64,000 nt of DNA from contig CAWVRN010000020.1 in NCBI GenBank assembly GCA_963932905.1, positions 1-64,000 of the forward strand, read 5' to 3'. The notes under the pieces were generated by a model that did not search any database, was not told where the DNA came from, and worked only from the letters and a program-made list of their open reading frames with translations. This document shows, piece by piece, positions 39,680 to 49,777 of this stretch; positions within the stretch are counted from its first letter, which is position 1; the number at the start of each line of letters is the position of its first letter. Both the position numbers and the translations under genes were made by a program. The DNA comes from an uncultured Bdellovibrio sp. GTDB lineage: Bacteria; Bdellovibrionota; Bdellovibrionia; Bdellovibrionales; Bdellovibrionaceae.

Positions 39680-39763
39680 GGGATCTCCTTATAAATTTAT
39701 TGGTCTAAATTTTATCGAAATACCGGTAAATGCTTGGAAGATTTGTGCCAAAATCTGCTTTTA

Positions 39764-41089
39764 CGAATTGAATCATATTAAATGATACCGACGGTGGTAG
39801 TTGAATCACGAGGGGCGCACTAAAGCCCTCGTTGAATCATGGTCAGAGCACACCTAGAATTGTTTTTACGAGAAATAATTTTAGGGGGTCAACTATGAGC
39901 AACGAGATTAAACGCATTCTATTGCAAAAACTACGGCTGCGCTACCAGAAAGGGTCAAGGAGACAGAAAACTTTAATTCTTGATGAGTTTTGTCAGACCG
40001 TCGATCTATCACGTAAGCATGCGATAAGATTATTAAATGGAGAGATAAAATCACACCGAAACCATCCAGGCCCTAAATACAAGTACGGGCCAGAGGTGCG
40101 TCGTCATGTAGTGATTTTATGGGAATCCTGCGGAAGGCTGTGCTCAAAGAAAATGGTGTCGGCGATAAAAAGATGGCTGCCTTTTTATGAAGATTGTTCA
40201 AATGAAACCAAAATACTTTTGCAGCAGATTTCTAGCTCAACAGTTGATCGAATTTTACAAGATCACCGGGAGCTTGTGAGAAAGGGAAAATCATTGACGA
40301 GCCCCTCCTTAATTAAAAATAAAATACCAATTAAGTTACTTGATAGCGGGATTATGGGTCCAGGATTTATCGAAGCCGATACGGTTGCCCACTGCGGGAC
40401 ATCGATGGCGGGAGAGTTTATGAACAGCCTTACAATGACCGATATTTTTTCTGGGTGGACAGAAGTAAGAGCTGTGTGGGGAAAAACATCTGAGGCGGTG
40501 TTAAGTGCAGTAAAAGCTATAGAGACTAGCCTTCCATTTAAGATCCAAGGTTTTGCTTCAGATAATGGGAATGAGTTTTTAAACAATGACCTATGGACTT
40601 ACTTTTATCAAAGACCAGAAAAAGTGAACTTCGTAAGGCGACGTCCTTACAAGAAGAATGATAACGCTCATGTAGAACAGAAAAACTGGACGCATGTTAG
40701 GCAGTTGATTGGATATGACAGACTTGATCAGCAGTGGGATGTCGAATACATCAATGATATCTACCAGAATTACTGGCTGCCGCTCTGGAGTTACTTTACT
40801 CCGGTGATGAAACTTAAAACAAAAACTCGAATTGGGGGAAAAATAGTCAAAGTTCATGATGAGCCAAAGACTCCATTTGAAAGGCTTCTTGAAACTCAAA
40901 ACTTAACTCAGGAAGAAAAGCAAGCCCTGCTAGCTAAAGCCGAAGGTCTTAATCCATTTGCGCTTAAAGTAGAGCTTGATAAAAAACTAAAGTGGTTCTT
41001 CAGAATAGTCGATATACGTAAAAAACAATCTCTAGCTACAGGCTAATGACCCGCAGCCCCTGAGTATCATTTATCTATGGTTCAATACG
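39764..41089 (+). mobile_element. Insertion sequence (DDE/rve transposase, ISNCY/IS481-like; family not resolved)
   Basis: Imperfect terminal inverted repeats CGAATTGAATCATATTAAATGATAC and GTATCATTTATCTATGGTTCAATACG; candidate TTTA target duplication. Confidence 0.8.
39895..41046 (+). CDS. DDE transposase, integrase core domain
   Basis: RKHAIRLL HTH-like segment, EADTVAHCG, SDNGNEF and RPYKKNDNAHVEQKN. Confidence 0.92.
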   Translation: MSNEIKRILLQKLRLRYQKGSRRQKTLILDEFCQTVDLSRKHAIRLLNGEIKSHRNHPGPKYKYGPEVRRHVVILWESCGRLCSKKMVSAIKRWLPFYEDCSNETKILLQQISSSTVDRILQDHRELVRKGKSLTSPSLIKNKIPIKLLDSGIMGPGFIEADTVAHCGTSMAGEFMNSLTMTDIFSGWTEVRAVWGKTSEAVLSAVKAIETSLPFKIQGFASDNGNEFLNNDLWTYFYQRPEKVNFVRRRPYKKNDNAHVEQKNWTHVRQLIGYDRLDQQWDVEYINDIYQNYWLPLWSYFTPVMKLKTKTRIGGKIVKVHDEPKTPFERLLETQNLTQEEKQALLAKAEGLNPFALKVELDKKLKWFFRIVDIRKKQSLATG

Positions 41090-41275
41090 TTTATACGCCG
41101 CTTGGCCATCTCTACTTAGCTTTTTGAAGCCCCGGTATCGGAAAGAACGGCGAAGTTCCAGACCTCGCCCATCGCGGATCGAAGCGCCATTATTTCAATG
41201 ACTGTCAGACTAAATATAAACTACTTAAAGGAAGTGTCAGATCGAATTCAAGTTTACACAAGTACTGTTGTCCAG

Positions 41276-41974
41276 CTAAATCATGTCAAAGATGATCATT
41301 TCAGAATCGTCTTTGGCTTCGATTTTTGCAGTGCCGATATCCACCGCAGCGATAGCATCGCCAGTTTCAATTTCCTTTTCATTGATTTTCACTAAACCTT
41401 TTACTAACTGGATCCATAATTTTCGATTGTCGGCTAATTTAAAATCTAGCGTTTCCGATTTTTTCAAACGAGAAATGAAGATATTTGCATCTTGATTGAT
41501 GCTGATAGATCCATCTCGTCCGTCTTTGGAAATCACGTGAACTAACTTTTGATTTTCTAGCTCTTTTTCAAAGGATTTCTGTCCGTAGCCAGGTTTACCT
41601 CCACGATGGGCAGGATTGATCCAGATTTGAAAGAAGTGTGTTTCTTTGTCTGTCTCATTGTTATACTCGGAATGGGCAACGCCGGTACCAGCACTCATCC
41701 GCTGTACTTCGCCCGGTTTGATCACCGCCACGTTACCCATAGAATCTTTGTGTTGCAATCCACCCGAAATTACATACGAAATGATTTCCATATCGCGATG
41801 GGGGTGAGTTCCAAAACCAGTTCCGCCTCGGATGCGATCCTCGTTAATCACTCTTAACGGTCCGAAACCCATAAATTCTGGGTCATAGTATTCCGCGAAT
41901 GAAAACGTATGACGTGATCTCAACCATCCATGTTCCGCAATTCCTCTGTCATTCGATTTTCTTACTGCCATCAT
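41276..41974 (-). CDS. Pirin family protein (YhhW-like)
   Basis: HGWLRSRHTFSF, GFGTHPHRDMEI and MSAGTGVAHSEYN. Confidence 0.93.
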   Translation of the reverse strand: MMAVRKSNDRGIAEHGWLRSRHTFSFAEYYDPEFMGFGPLRVINEDRIRGGTGFGTHPHRDMEIISYVISGGLQHKDSMGNVAVIKPGEVQRMSAGTGVAHSEYNNETDKETHFFQIWINPAHRGGKPGYGQKSFEKELENQKLVHVISKDGRDGSISINQDANIFISRLKKSETLDFKLADNRKLWIQLVKGLVKINEKEIETGDAIAAVDIGTAKIEAKDDSEMIIFDMI

Positions 41975-42045
41975 AATTATCTCCTGTTTGATGGGTTTAG
42001 TATCGTCTAAAACAACTGGACAATAAATTATAATCTTTCTATATT

Positions 42046-42068
42046 CTATATAGATAAGAACTATATAG
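42046..42068. promoter_or_regulatory. LysR-type box (CTATATAG-N7-CTATATAG, contains T-N11-A)
   Basis: Dyad in the divergent pirin/LysR spacer. Confidence 0.5.
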
Positions 42069-42084
42069 TTTAACGAGGGCTAAT

Positions 42085-42999
42085 ATGACGATAGATCAAT
42101 TAGAAACGCTAGAGATGATAGTAGAGAAGGGCAGCTTTAAGGCTGCTTCTGAACACATGCACAAGAGTCAGCCCAGCTTAAGTGTTGCCATCAAAAAGTT
42201 AGAAGAGGAGTTCGACCTAAAGTTATTCAGCCGGGAAGAGTACCGTCCCAAGCTGACGTCCGAAGGCGTGGTGTTTTACAATTGGGCCAAGCAATGTCTG
42301 CATTCTTTTCGCGAATTAAAAACGGTGGGTCTAGAATTAGGCACGAAGAAGGTCGAACCCTATTTAACAGTCATCTTAGATCCATTGGTCCGTATCAATG
42401 TACTCTGCGATATTTTTGATGATATTGTTTCAGGCAAGCATCCCACTGAAATTACATTTCGGTCTGAAATTATGAGTGGTGGAATCGAATCGTTGCTAAA
42501 TGGTGACGCCGATTTTGCTATTTCGGCCAAAGCGGCTGACAATGAATCGATTGAAAGTATCGCATTTGATAAAATTGAATTGATCCCCGTTATTGCAAAA
42601 TCCATTGCGAAGAAAGTACCAAGCTTAAATTTGAAATCGCTTAAACAAATTCCACAAATTGTCGTACAGCAACAGACAGAAAAAAATCCCGGTATTTCAA
42701 AAGATAGTCGTGGTGTAATTGCCGATACGAAAAAGTGCTACGTCACGGACCATTCGCTGAAACACAAAATGATAAGTAATGGTTTTGGTTGGGGTCGGTT
42801 AGCACGACATGAAGTCGAAAGCGAGCTAAGGAAAGATATTTTAGTTCAGATCCGTGACGAAAATATCAAGCCATTCGTTTTGGATTTGCAAATTATGCGG
42901 TTAAAACAAAAACCGATGGGGCCAGTGGCCCGTGTTATTTGGAATCAATTAGCAAAAGCAGAAACGGGATCTGCGAAATCCCGATTAAAATCGAAATAA
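42085..42999 (+). CDS. LysR-family regulator
   Basis: GSFKAAS..SQPSLSVAIKKLEEE HTH; divergent from pirin. Confidence 0.93.
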   Translation: MTIDQLETLEMIVEKGSFKAASEHMHKSQPSLSVAIKKLEEEFDLKLFSREEYRPKLTSEGVVFYNWAKQCLHSFRELKTVGLELGTKKVEPYLTVILDPLVRINVLCDIFDDIVSGKHPTEITFRSEIMSGGIESLLNGDADFAISAKAADNESIESIAFDKIELIPVIAKSIAKKVPSLNLKSLKQIPQIVVQQQTEKNPGISKDSRGVIADTKKCYVTDHSLKHKMISNGFGWGRLARHEVESELRKDILVQIRDENIKPFVLDLQIMRLKQKPMGPVARVIWNQLAKAETGSAKSRLKSK

Positions 43000-43003
43000 G
43001 AAA

Positions 43004-44443
43004 TTATTCAGCAACGTCTTTGGCATTAATTCCATATTTACGCATTTTTCTGAGTAATGTGTTTTTAGGAATGTTGGCGTTAGCTACGGTCTGATTAATG
43101 CGACCTTTGTTTTGCTTTAGGGCTTTAACAATAAATTCTTTTTCCATTTCCTCTTTGAAGTTATCAAAATCAAGTGGCTTAAAGGTGTCTTCAGCGCCAG
43201 CGCCAACAGGCAGGGTGCTGGCTAGAGCACTGCTAATGACGGAAGAGGCCGGTAGAAGTGACTTCATGCTTTCCGTTAAGGAAGCATTCGTGATTTTATT
43301 TCCTGATTCAATGATGAATGCGCGCTCGACAAAATTTTCTAGTTCGCGAATATTTCCCGGCCATTTGTATTTTTTGAGTAAGGCCAGTGTGCCTGGTTCA
43401 ACCGATTCAAAATTACGATTTTGTTTGCGATTAAATTTCTTAATAAAATAATCCGCTAGTTTGTCTAGATCATCCAGACGTTCTCGTAATGGCGGCATAA
43501 AAATAGGCATAACGTTTAATCGATAGAATAAATCTTCACGAAATTTACCTTCTTGAATCATTTTCTCCAAATTTCGATTCGTGGCTGCGATAATGCGAAC
43601 GTTGGTTTTAACTTCGCGAATAGAGCCTACCGGAGTAAACGCTTTATCTTGAATCGCACGAAGGAGTTTCACTTGCATATCAATTTTTAATTCGCCGATT
43701 TCGTCTAGAAATAACGTTCCATTATTTGCAGCTTGAAATTTTCCGATCTTACGCTCGGTCGCTCCTGTAAATGCACCTTTTTCGTGCCCAAAGAATTCGC
43801 TTTCGATTAAATTTTCTGGAATTGCACCGCAGTTCACAGCAATAAATTGACCTGATTTTTGTAGCGAATTGTGGTGAATCGCCTTCGCAACTAATTCTTT
43901 TCCTGTGCCGTTTTCACCACGAATTAAAACCGTAGTGTCAACTTTGCTTAATTTATAGATCAATTGAAATACTTCACGCATTTGCTGAGAGTTTCCAACA
44001 AACTCCGTATCGATATCGTCATCAAAAATGGGATTCGATGCCGTTAACTCAAGAACCAGTTCGCGAGCACGCAAGCAGCCATCAATGGCTTTAAACAAAG
44101 AATCCTTTTGAACTGGTTTCTGGAAATAATCAAAAGCACCTTCTTTGATCGCTTCCACTGCGTCGGAATAGTTTCCATGTGCGGTCATGATAACCACAAA
44201 TGTTCGTGGATCATGGGCTTTGATTGCCTTTAGCGCGGTGATTCCGTCCACTCGAGGCATTTTTACGTCCATCAGAACAAGGTCATAGTGCTGAGCCTTG
44301 ATTTTATCTATGGCATCTTGGCCATCAATCGCTTCACTGAAATTAAAAGTTACATCAGGAAACGAAGAGGGCAGAATTTGTTTTAGAGATTCTCGGAGTT
44401 CCTGTTCATCATCGACAACAAGTGTTCTTAATGTAGTGTTCAT
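43004..44443 (-). CDS. sigma54-dependent response regulator (NtrC family)
   Basis: REC domain, GENGTGKE, GAFTGA, FLDEIG and C-terminal HTH. Confidence 0.95.
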   Translation of the reverse strand: MNTTLRTLVVDDEQELRESLKQILPSSFPDVTFNFSEAIDGQDAIDKIKAQHYDLVLMDVKMPRVDGITALKAIKAHDPRTFVVIMTAHGNYSDAVEAIKEGAFDYFQKPVQKDSLFKAIDGCLRARELVLELTASNPIFDDDIDTEFVGNSQQMREVFQLIYKLSKVDTTVLIRGENGTGKELVAKAIHHNSLQKSGQFIAVNCGAIPENLIESEFFGHEKGAFTGATERKIGKFQAANNGTLFLDEIGELKIDMQVKLLRAIQDKAFTPVGSIREVKTNVRIIAATNRNLEKMIQEGKFREDLFYRLNVMPIFMPPLRERLDDLDKLADYFIKKFNRKQNRNFESVEPGTLALLKKYKWPGNIRELENFVERAFIIESGNKITNASLTESMKSLLPASSVISSALASTLPVGAGAEDTFKPLDFDNFKEEMEKEFIVKALKQNKGRINQTVANANIPKNTLLRKMRKYGINAKDVAE

Positions 44444-44487
44444 GGTCCAAAAACTACCATAAAGGCGCTGACTGAAGAAAGGAATTA

Positions 44488-46218
44488 TTAGCTGTTTGGT
44501 AATTTTATTCTGACGGTCGTACCTTGGTTCAATATTGAAACTACTTCCATTTTGCCGTTATGCAATTCGATAAAATACTTAACTAGGAAAAGCCCTAAGC
44601 CACTGCCTTTAATGTTTTCAGGTACAGACTCGGAACGGAAAAACTTTTGCCCCACTTTTTGCAATTCCGTTTCAGAAATCCCATATCCTTGGTCTCTAAC
44701 CTCTGTCACAATGTGCTGATCAGTTTCAAATGTTTTAATGGCTATCACCGTCCCATTTGGTGAATACTTAATGGCGTTTTCAATGATGTTAATAAGGGCC
44801 TCTTTGATCAGGATTGGGTCCATTTCGGTTAGGAAAAGTGGTGCCAAATCGGTATCAATTTTTATATTTTTGTCATTGGCCAAGGGGCGCAGCGCTATAA
44901 TACTAGCTTCAATTAATTGGTTTAGGTCGCTAGGGACAAGATTAAGTTTAATATTCTGAGATTCGACGCGGGCGATATTTAAAATGGATCGGATGTAGTG
45001 ATCTAACTCTTCTGAATATTTTTGAATTGCATTTAGATCCGTAGCTATAGGACTATCGCCAGCAATCGCCAAGTTGCGAGCAACGACACTCTGAATTTTA
45101 GCAAGGGGATTTTTTAAATCGTGCGAAATCAAACTGATGAAATTTGACTTCATTAATTCAAGCTGGGCACGGGTTTCACTCGCTTGCTCCAGTTGGAAAT
45201 TTTTCTTTTCTATGTTGCTAGTGAGAACGGTATAGCCGATCAACCAACCTAAGAACATGCATAATGCCGTTGATGCCATGGGGAACCAAAAATGATGGAT
45301 ATCGAAAAAATATATGTTCAAGATCACCATGACGAAAAGACTTACGATTGTGACGGTGATAGATAAATTACGGGGCAAAGATAGTGTCGAGAAGTATATT
45401 AAAATAATAATAAGCAAGATTACGAAAGACTGTGTCCAAAAACTCCATGATCTGATCCATTGGGAGTAGTACTTATTTTCTATTAATTGTGCGACCAGAG
45501 AACTGCGACCGTAGGAACCCATAGGCGTTATGTATTCATAGTCTGAATTTGTAAAACCGCCCAATACAATGATTTTATTTTTGAAGAAATCTATCGGCCA
45601 TTCATTGTTGATCAATTGATTGTAAGTTACTTTGAAGAAGCGATTTTCAGATCCCTGAAAATTGATATACCTAGCCGGTTCTCCTCGTTGAGGGGATAGT
45701 ACTCGGCGAACGACACCATCTTTTTCAAATTGTATATCTAGGACATCAAGTAGCCGTTTTTTTTCCATGCCTAGTGGATCCAGATCGCTAGAATAAACCC
45801 AAGTCACTTTTGGGCTGCTAAGCAAGCTGACGTTTAGTCCATCTGTCAGTGCCTGTTTGATTAAGTCTAACGTGATAATTATTGTCTTTGGCTGAAGCTT
45901 AAGTAGGTCGGTGAGTAAAGCATTCCATAATTGTGGGTTCCAGTAGTAATGATCGTTTATGCTTGACGAGGAATTTAACAACATCAGATCTTGAACCTCG
46001 GTCGTGTTAAAATGTCTTAAATCAGATGGAGTCAGTTCAATAATTACGATATCTTTTGCTGGACTGCGATCGCCACGCATTTGAAAGCGGAAATCAAAGT
46101 CGTTTAAATTATCTATGCGCAGGGAAACGAGGCAAATAAGCCAAACGATAAGTACCCTCAGAATCGAGCCCGAGGAAATAGAGGCAAAAGCTTTTTGCAA
46201 TTGGAATTGACTAGGCAT
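44488..46218 (-). CDS. CHASE2-domain sensor histidine kinase
   Basis: DIVIIEL, DGVVRR and FKNKIIVLG (CHASE2-like), 3 TM segments, SHDLKNP and HATPase. Confidence 0.85.
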   Translation of the reverse strand: MPSQFQLQKAFASISSGSILRVLIVWLICLVSLRIDNLNDFDFRFQMRGDRSPAKDIVIIELTPSDLRHFNTTEVQDLMLLNSSSSINDHYYWNPQLWNALLTDLLKLQPKTIIITLDLIKQALTDGLNVSLLSSPKVTWVYSSDLDPLGMEKKRLLDVLDIQFEKDGVVRRVLSPQRGEPARYINFQGSENRFFKVTYNQLINNEWPIDFFKNKIIVLGGFTNSDYEYITPMGSYGRSSLVAQLIENKYYSQWIRSWSFWTQSFVILLIIILIYFSTLSLPRNLSITVTIVSLFVMVILNIYFFDIHHFWFPMASTALCMFLGWLIGYTVLTSNIEKKNFQLEQASETRAQLELMKSNFISLISHDLKNPLAKIQSVVARNLAIAGDSPIATDLNAIQKYSEELDHYIRSILNIARVESQNIKLNLVPSDLNQLIEASIIALRPLANDKNIKIDTDLAPLFLTEMDPILIKEALINIIENAIKYSPNGTVIAIKTFETDQHIVTEVRDQGYGISETELQKVGQKFFRSESVPENIKGSGLGLFLVKYFIELHNGKMEVVSILNQGTTVRIKLPNS

Positions 46219-46265
46219 GTCTTAGCTACATATAATCCGTAATAACCTCAGAGTTCAATGATTTT

Positions 46266-47183
46266 ATGATTATTCTAGATAGTTTAGACAAAATTTCAGA
46301 TCGCAAAACCCCCTTCGTACTTACCATTGGTAATTTTGATGGCGTTCACTTGGGGCATCAAAAGTTATTGAAAAGTCTTAAAACTGATCCGAGGCAAAAC
46401 AGCCTTGTTACAACGTTTGATCCTCATCCAGTCGAATACTTTGATGTAAATAAAAAATTTAGAAAACTATTTTCCACTGATGATCAAAACAAACAGATGG
46501 AACGGCTGGGTGTTGACTATCTACTGCGAATGAAATTTGATCAGGGCATAGCGACTATGTCGTTTGAGCAGTTTTTATCCCAATTTACGAATGCTTTAAA
46601 TGTTCAGCGAATCGTTATCGGGCATGATTTAAAAATTGGAAAAGATCGCGGTGGAGATCGCTTTTCAATCCAAGCTTGGTGCCAAAAGGCAGGAATTAAT
46701 TTTGAAGTGATTGAACCATTGGCTGTGGATGGTCAGGTGATTTCATCGACCTATATAAAAACGTTGGTCGAAGAAAGTAATTTCGACCAAGTTCCTAAAT
46801 TTTTGGGACGATATTACTCGGTGAGTGGCCCTGTTATTCACGGTGATAAGCGGGGACGACTGATCGGTTTTCCAACGGCAAATTTGACGTGTCATCGATC
46901 TTTGTATGTTCCCAATTTCGGTGTCTATCAGACACGCACGCTTTGGAAGAATTCTAAATTCGATTCGATTACCAACGTGGGTAAAACCCCAACATTTAAA
47001 ACCGATGATTTGGTAAAAATTGAAACGCATATTTTTGATTTCAATACAGAGATATACGGGGATGAAATCACTGTGGAATTTTTGAAATTCGTTCGTTCTG
47101 AACGTAAATTTTCGGGAATTGAAGAAATTAAAAATCAAATCGGACTTGATATAGCCTCGCTAGGGCGAAAGCATCAGCCATGA
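46266..47183 (+). CDS. ribF: Bifunctional riboflavin kinase / FAD synthetase
   Basis: TIGNFDGVHLGHQ, ISST, GFPTAN and ETHIFDF. Confidence 0.96.
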   Translation: MIILDSLDKISDRKTPFVLTIGNFDGVHLGHQKLLKSLKTDPRQNSLVTTFDPHPVEYFDVNKKFRKLFSTDDQNKQMERLGVDYLLRMKFDQGIATMSFEQFLSQFTNALNVQRIVIGHDLKIGKDRGGDRFSIQAWCQKAGINFEVIEPLAVDGQVISSTYIKTLVEESNFDQVPKFLGRYYSVSGPVIHGDKRGRLIGFPTANLTCHRSLYVPNFGVYQTRTLWKNSKFDSITNVGKTPTFKTDDLVKIETHIFDFNTEIYGDEITVEFLKFVRSERKFSGIEEIKNQIGLDIASLGRKHQP

Positions 47184-47989
47184 TTCGATTGTTTCTAAAT
47201 CAAGGCTTCAAATCCACTGGTCTAGTTCCTGATTTTGAAAATATTAAACGATATTTACAATCGGAATCTGTGACCTTTGAAGTTGCTGAGTATGAAGACT
47301 TGATTGATTTGCGTCGTAAAAACTTGGATCAATCAATGATTCGGTGTGATCTTGATTTTGGAACTGAACATGTAACTCAGTTGGCAATGGCTCCTGAAGC
47401 TGTACGTTTTAACCGTACTTTTGATTCTTTAACTTTCGAATCTGGTCATTGGCTACCTCGATTAAAATACTTCGATCTTCTTCGTCGTAAGATAGTAACT
47501 CATTTTGGTAATGTCGATATTCACGAAACAGCTGGTATTATTTGCGACTCATGTTCATTGGAAGGTCTGGTTTCCGTTGCTGTGAGTTTGGGTTTTAGGT
47601 CCATTATTCTTTTTATACCGGATGGGAAGTCTGGAATGGTTGATGAATTGTCCCGCTATTTTATCGGCGTAAAAATCAAGACGGTGGCGTTTTCTGAGAT
47701 AACACAAAATCGGGATCAAACCAGTTTGATGATTAATGCTGTCGATGTCGAAAAGAACACGACTTTGATGAATGACTTAGCTTATTTCAATTTCATGTCA
47801 GTCAAAGGGATTATGGTGGACCTTGTTTCTAAAACCCCTGTTCATCCTTTGCTTTTCGAGGCAGAGAAGGCCGGCTTAAGGACTTTGAAACGTCGTGATC
47901 TGGCAGCTTTTTATGATTATGAATCATTGCGTACAATTCACCCACCGTTAGAAAACACAAAAAACGAGTTTTTTCTCAACTATTTATAA
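47180..47989 (+). CDS. Degenerate shikimate-dehydrogenase-like protein
   Basis: C-terminal LMINAV..VDLV....PLLFEAEKAG resembles AroE; no GxGG motif. Confidence 0.5.
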   Translation: MIRLFLNQGFKSTGLVPDFENIKRYLQSESVTFEVAEYEDLIDLRRKNLDQSMIRCDLDFGTEHVTQLAMAPEAVRFNRTFDSLTFESGHWLPRLKYFDLLRRKIVTHFGNVDIHETAGIICDSCSLEGLVSVAVSLGFRSIILFIPDGKSGMVDELSRYFIGVKIKTVAFSEITQNRDQTSLMINAVDVEKNTTLMNDLAYFNFMSVKGIMVDLVSKTPVHPLLFEAEKAGLRTLKRRDLAAFYDYESLRTIHPPLENTKNEFFLNYL

Positions 47990-48043
47990 ATCGAGACTAT
48001 CGACTAGTAACAAATTCGCCACGTTTATCTAAAATAGTAATCT

Positions 48044-49774
48044 ATGAGCGAAATTAAACCTTGGGATAAAAAGACGTGCGATATATTGTATCGCCAAGGC
48101 TTGATTAAACCAGAACAGTACGAACAAGCACTTGAAACAAAAAAAACAACTCCGAATTTATTGCTCACTCAAATTCTGATAAATTTAAATTTTGTACAAG
48201 AAGCCCAGGTGCAAAAAGGTTTAGAGGCCTTTTACAATATTCAGGGAATTAATCTTTCACAATTCCAAATTGATCAACAGGTTGTTGAAATGGTTCCACG
48301 TGACATTTGCTACAAGCACAATGTTATTCCAGTTCAAAGAATGTTGGACAACCAGGGCAAGATTTCTACGGTAGTTATCGCATTCTCGGATCCAAGCCAA
48401 ATTCTAGTGCGCGAGGATTTGCGTATTATCACTAAAGCTAAAGTTATTCAACCCATCGTGGCTTCGCCAATTGCTATCCAGCACGCGCTGGAGAAGTACT
48501 ATGGTATCAGTGTTGATAAGGCGTTGGAAGGTGTAGATGGTGATGATGCTGAAGTCGACGTGCTTGATGAAAAGAAAGTCGAGACGATCGACAATATCAC
48601 TGACAAAGATTCCCCGGTTGTTAAATTCGTAAATGCGATTTTGAATGAAGCGATGAAAAAGCGCGCCAGTGATATTCACTTTGAACCGTACGAAAAAATT
48701 TTTCGTGTTCGTTATCGCGTTGACGGGATTTTGATTGAAGCGAAAAATCCACCACGTGATTGGGGTCCTTCGATTTCCGCACGTATTAAAATTATGTCAA
48801 AGTTAGATATCGCTGAACGACGTCGCCCTCAAGATGGTCGTTTAAAAGTGCGTACGCGTGAAGCCGATATGGATTTTCGTGTTAGCACGATGCCAACTTT
48901 GTGGGGTGAAAAAGCTGTTCTTCGTCTTTTGGATAAATCGAATTTGCAATTAGACATGACAAAACTTGGATTTGAAGAAGAAGATCTAAAGCTTTTTAAA
49001 TCATGTATTAACTTGCCTCAAGGGTTGGTATTGATAACGGGCCCTACGGGTTCTGGTAAAACAACAACAATTTATTCTGCGCTTTCGGAACTGAATCAAA
49101 CGGATGTTAATATTTCGACGGCGGAAGATCCTGTCGAATTTAACTTAGAGGGTATTAATCAGGTTCAGATGAATCCTGATATCGACTTAAATTTCTCGGT
49201 CGCGCTGAAATCGTTTCTCCGTCAAGATCCAGATATTATTATGGTGGGGGAGATACGAGATTTAGAAACGGCAGAGATTTCTTTCAAAGCGGCTTCTACG
49301 GGGCACTTGGTTGTGTCGACACTGCATACTAACGATGCACCGTCTACGGTGATCCGTTTAACAGAGATCGGTATCCAGCCGTACGTCATAACGTCGACGG
49401 TCAATTTAGTAGTGGCCCAACGTCTTGTCGGAAAGATATGCGAAAACTGTAAAGTTCCCGTCGAGATGCCCGTTCAAAACCTTATAAACATCGGTGTTCC
49501 GCCTAATGAGGTGCCTGAATACAAATTATACAAAGGCAAGGGATGTTCAAACTGTAACAATACGGGAATTAAAGGCCGATTAGCTATTTATGAATTACTT
49601 CCAATGACCGAGAAGATAAAGGACGCGATTCTAAAAGGCGCTAATCAGGCTCAATTACGTTTTCTAGCTCGAGAGCTAGGTCTACGTACCTTACGCCGAA
49701 GCGCACTTTTAAAACTAAAGCGCGGTGTAACAACGTTTGAGGAAGTTTTAAACTCTTCAGTAAAGGATACGTAG
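48044..49774 (+). CDS. pilB: Type IV pilus assembly ATPase
   Basis: ASDIHFEP, GPTGSGKT, EDPVE, LRQDPD, TGHLV..TLH and CxxC..CxxC. Confidence 0.95.
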   Translation: MSEIKPWDKKTCDILYRQGLIKPEQYEQALETKKTTPNLLLTQILINLNFVQEAQVQKGLEAFYNIQGINLSQFQIDQQVVEMVPRDICYKHNVIPVQRMLDNQGKISTVVIAFSDPSQILVREDLRIITKAKVIQPIVASPIAIQHALEKYYGISVDKALEGVDGDDAEVDVLDEKKVETIDNITDKDSPVVKFVNAILNEAMKKRASDIHFEPYEKIFRVRYRVDGILIEAKNPPRDWGPSISARIKIMSKLDIAERRRPQDGRLKVRTREADMDFRVSTMPTLWGEKAVLRLLDKSNLQLDMTKLGFEEEDLKLFKSCINLPQGLVLITGPTGSGKTTTIYSALSELNQTDVNISTAEDPVEFNLEGINQVQMNPDIDLNFSVALKSFLRQDPDIIMVGEIRDLETAEISFKAASTGHLVVSTLHTNDAPSTVIRLTEIGIQPYVITSTVNLVVAQRLVGKICENCKVPVEMPVQNLINIGVPPNEVPEYKLYKGKGCSNCNNTGIKGRLAIYELLPMTEKIKDAILKGANQAQLRFLARELGLRTLRRSALLKLKRGVTTFEEVLNSSVKDT

Positions 49775-49777
49775 AAC

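Noticed and set aside
39735..39750. sigma54-like TGGCAC-N5-TTCC upstream of the small secreted gene
   Set aside because: The -12 GC is absent and a weak sigma28-like match overlaps it, so the call is ambiguous
39768..39840. Three TTGAATCA repeats at about 32-nt spacing as a mini-CRISPR
   Set aside because: The repeat is only 8 nt, there are no cas genes, and it is explained as an IS end structure
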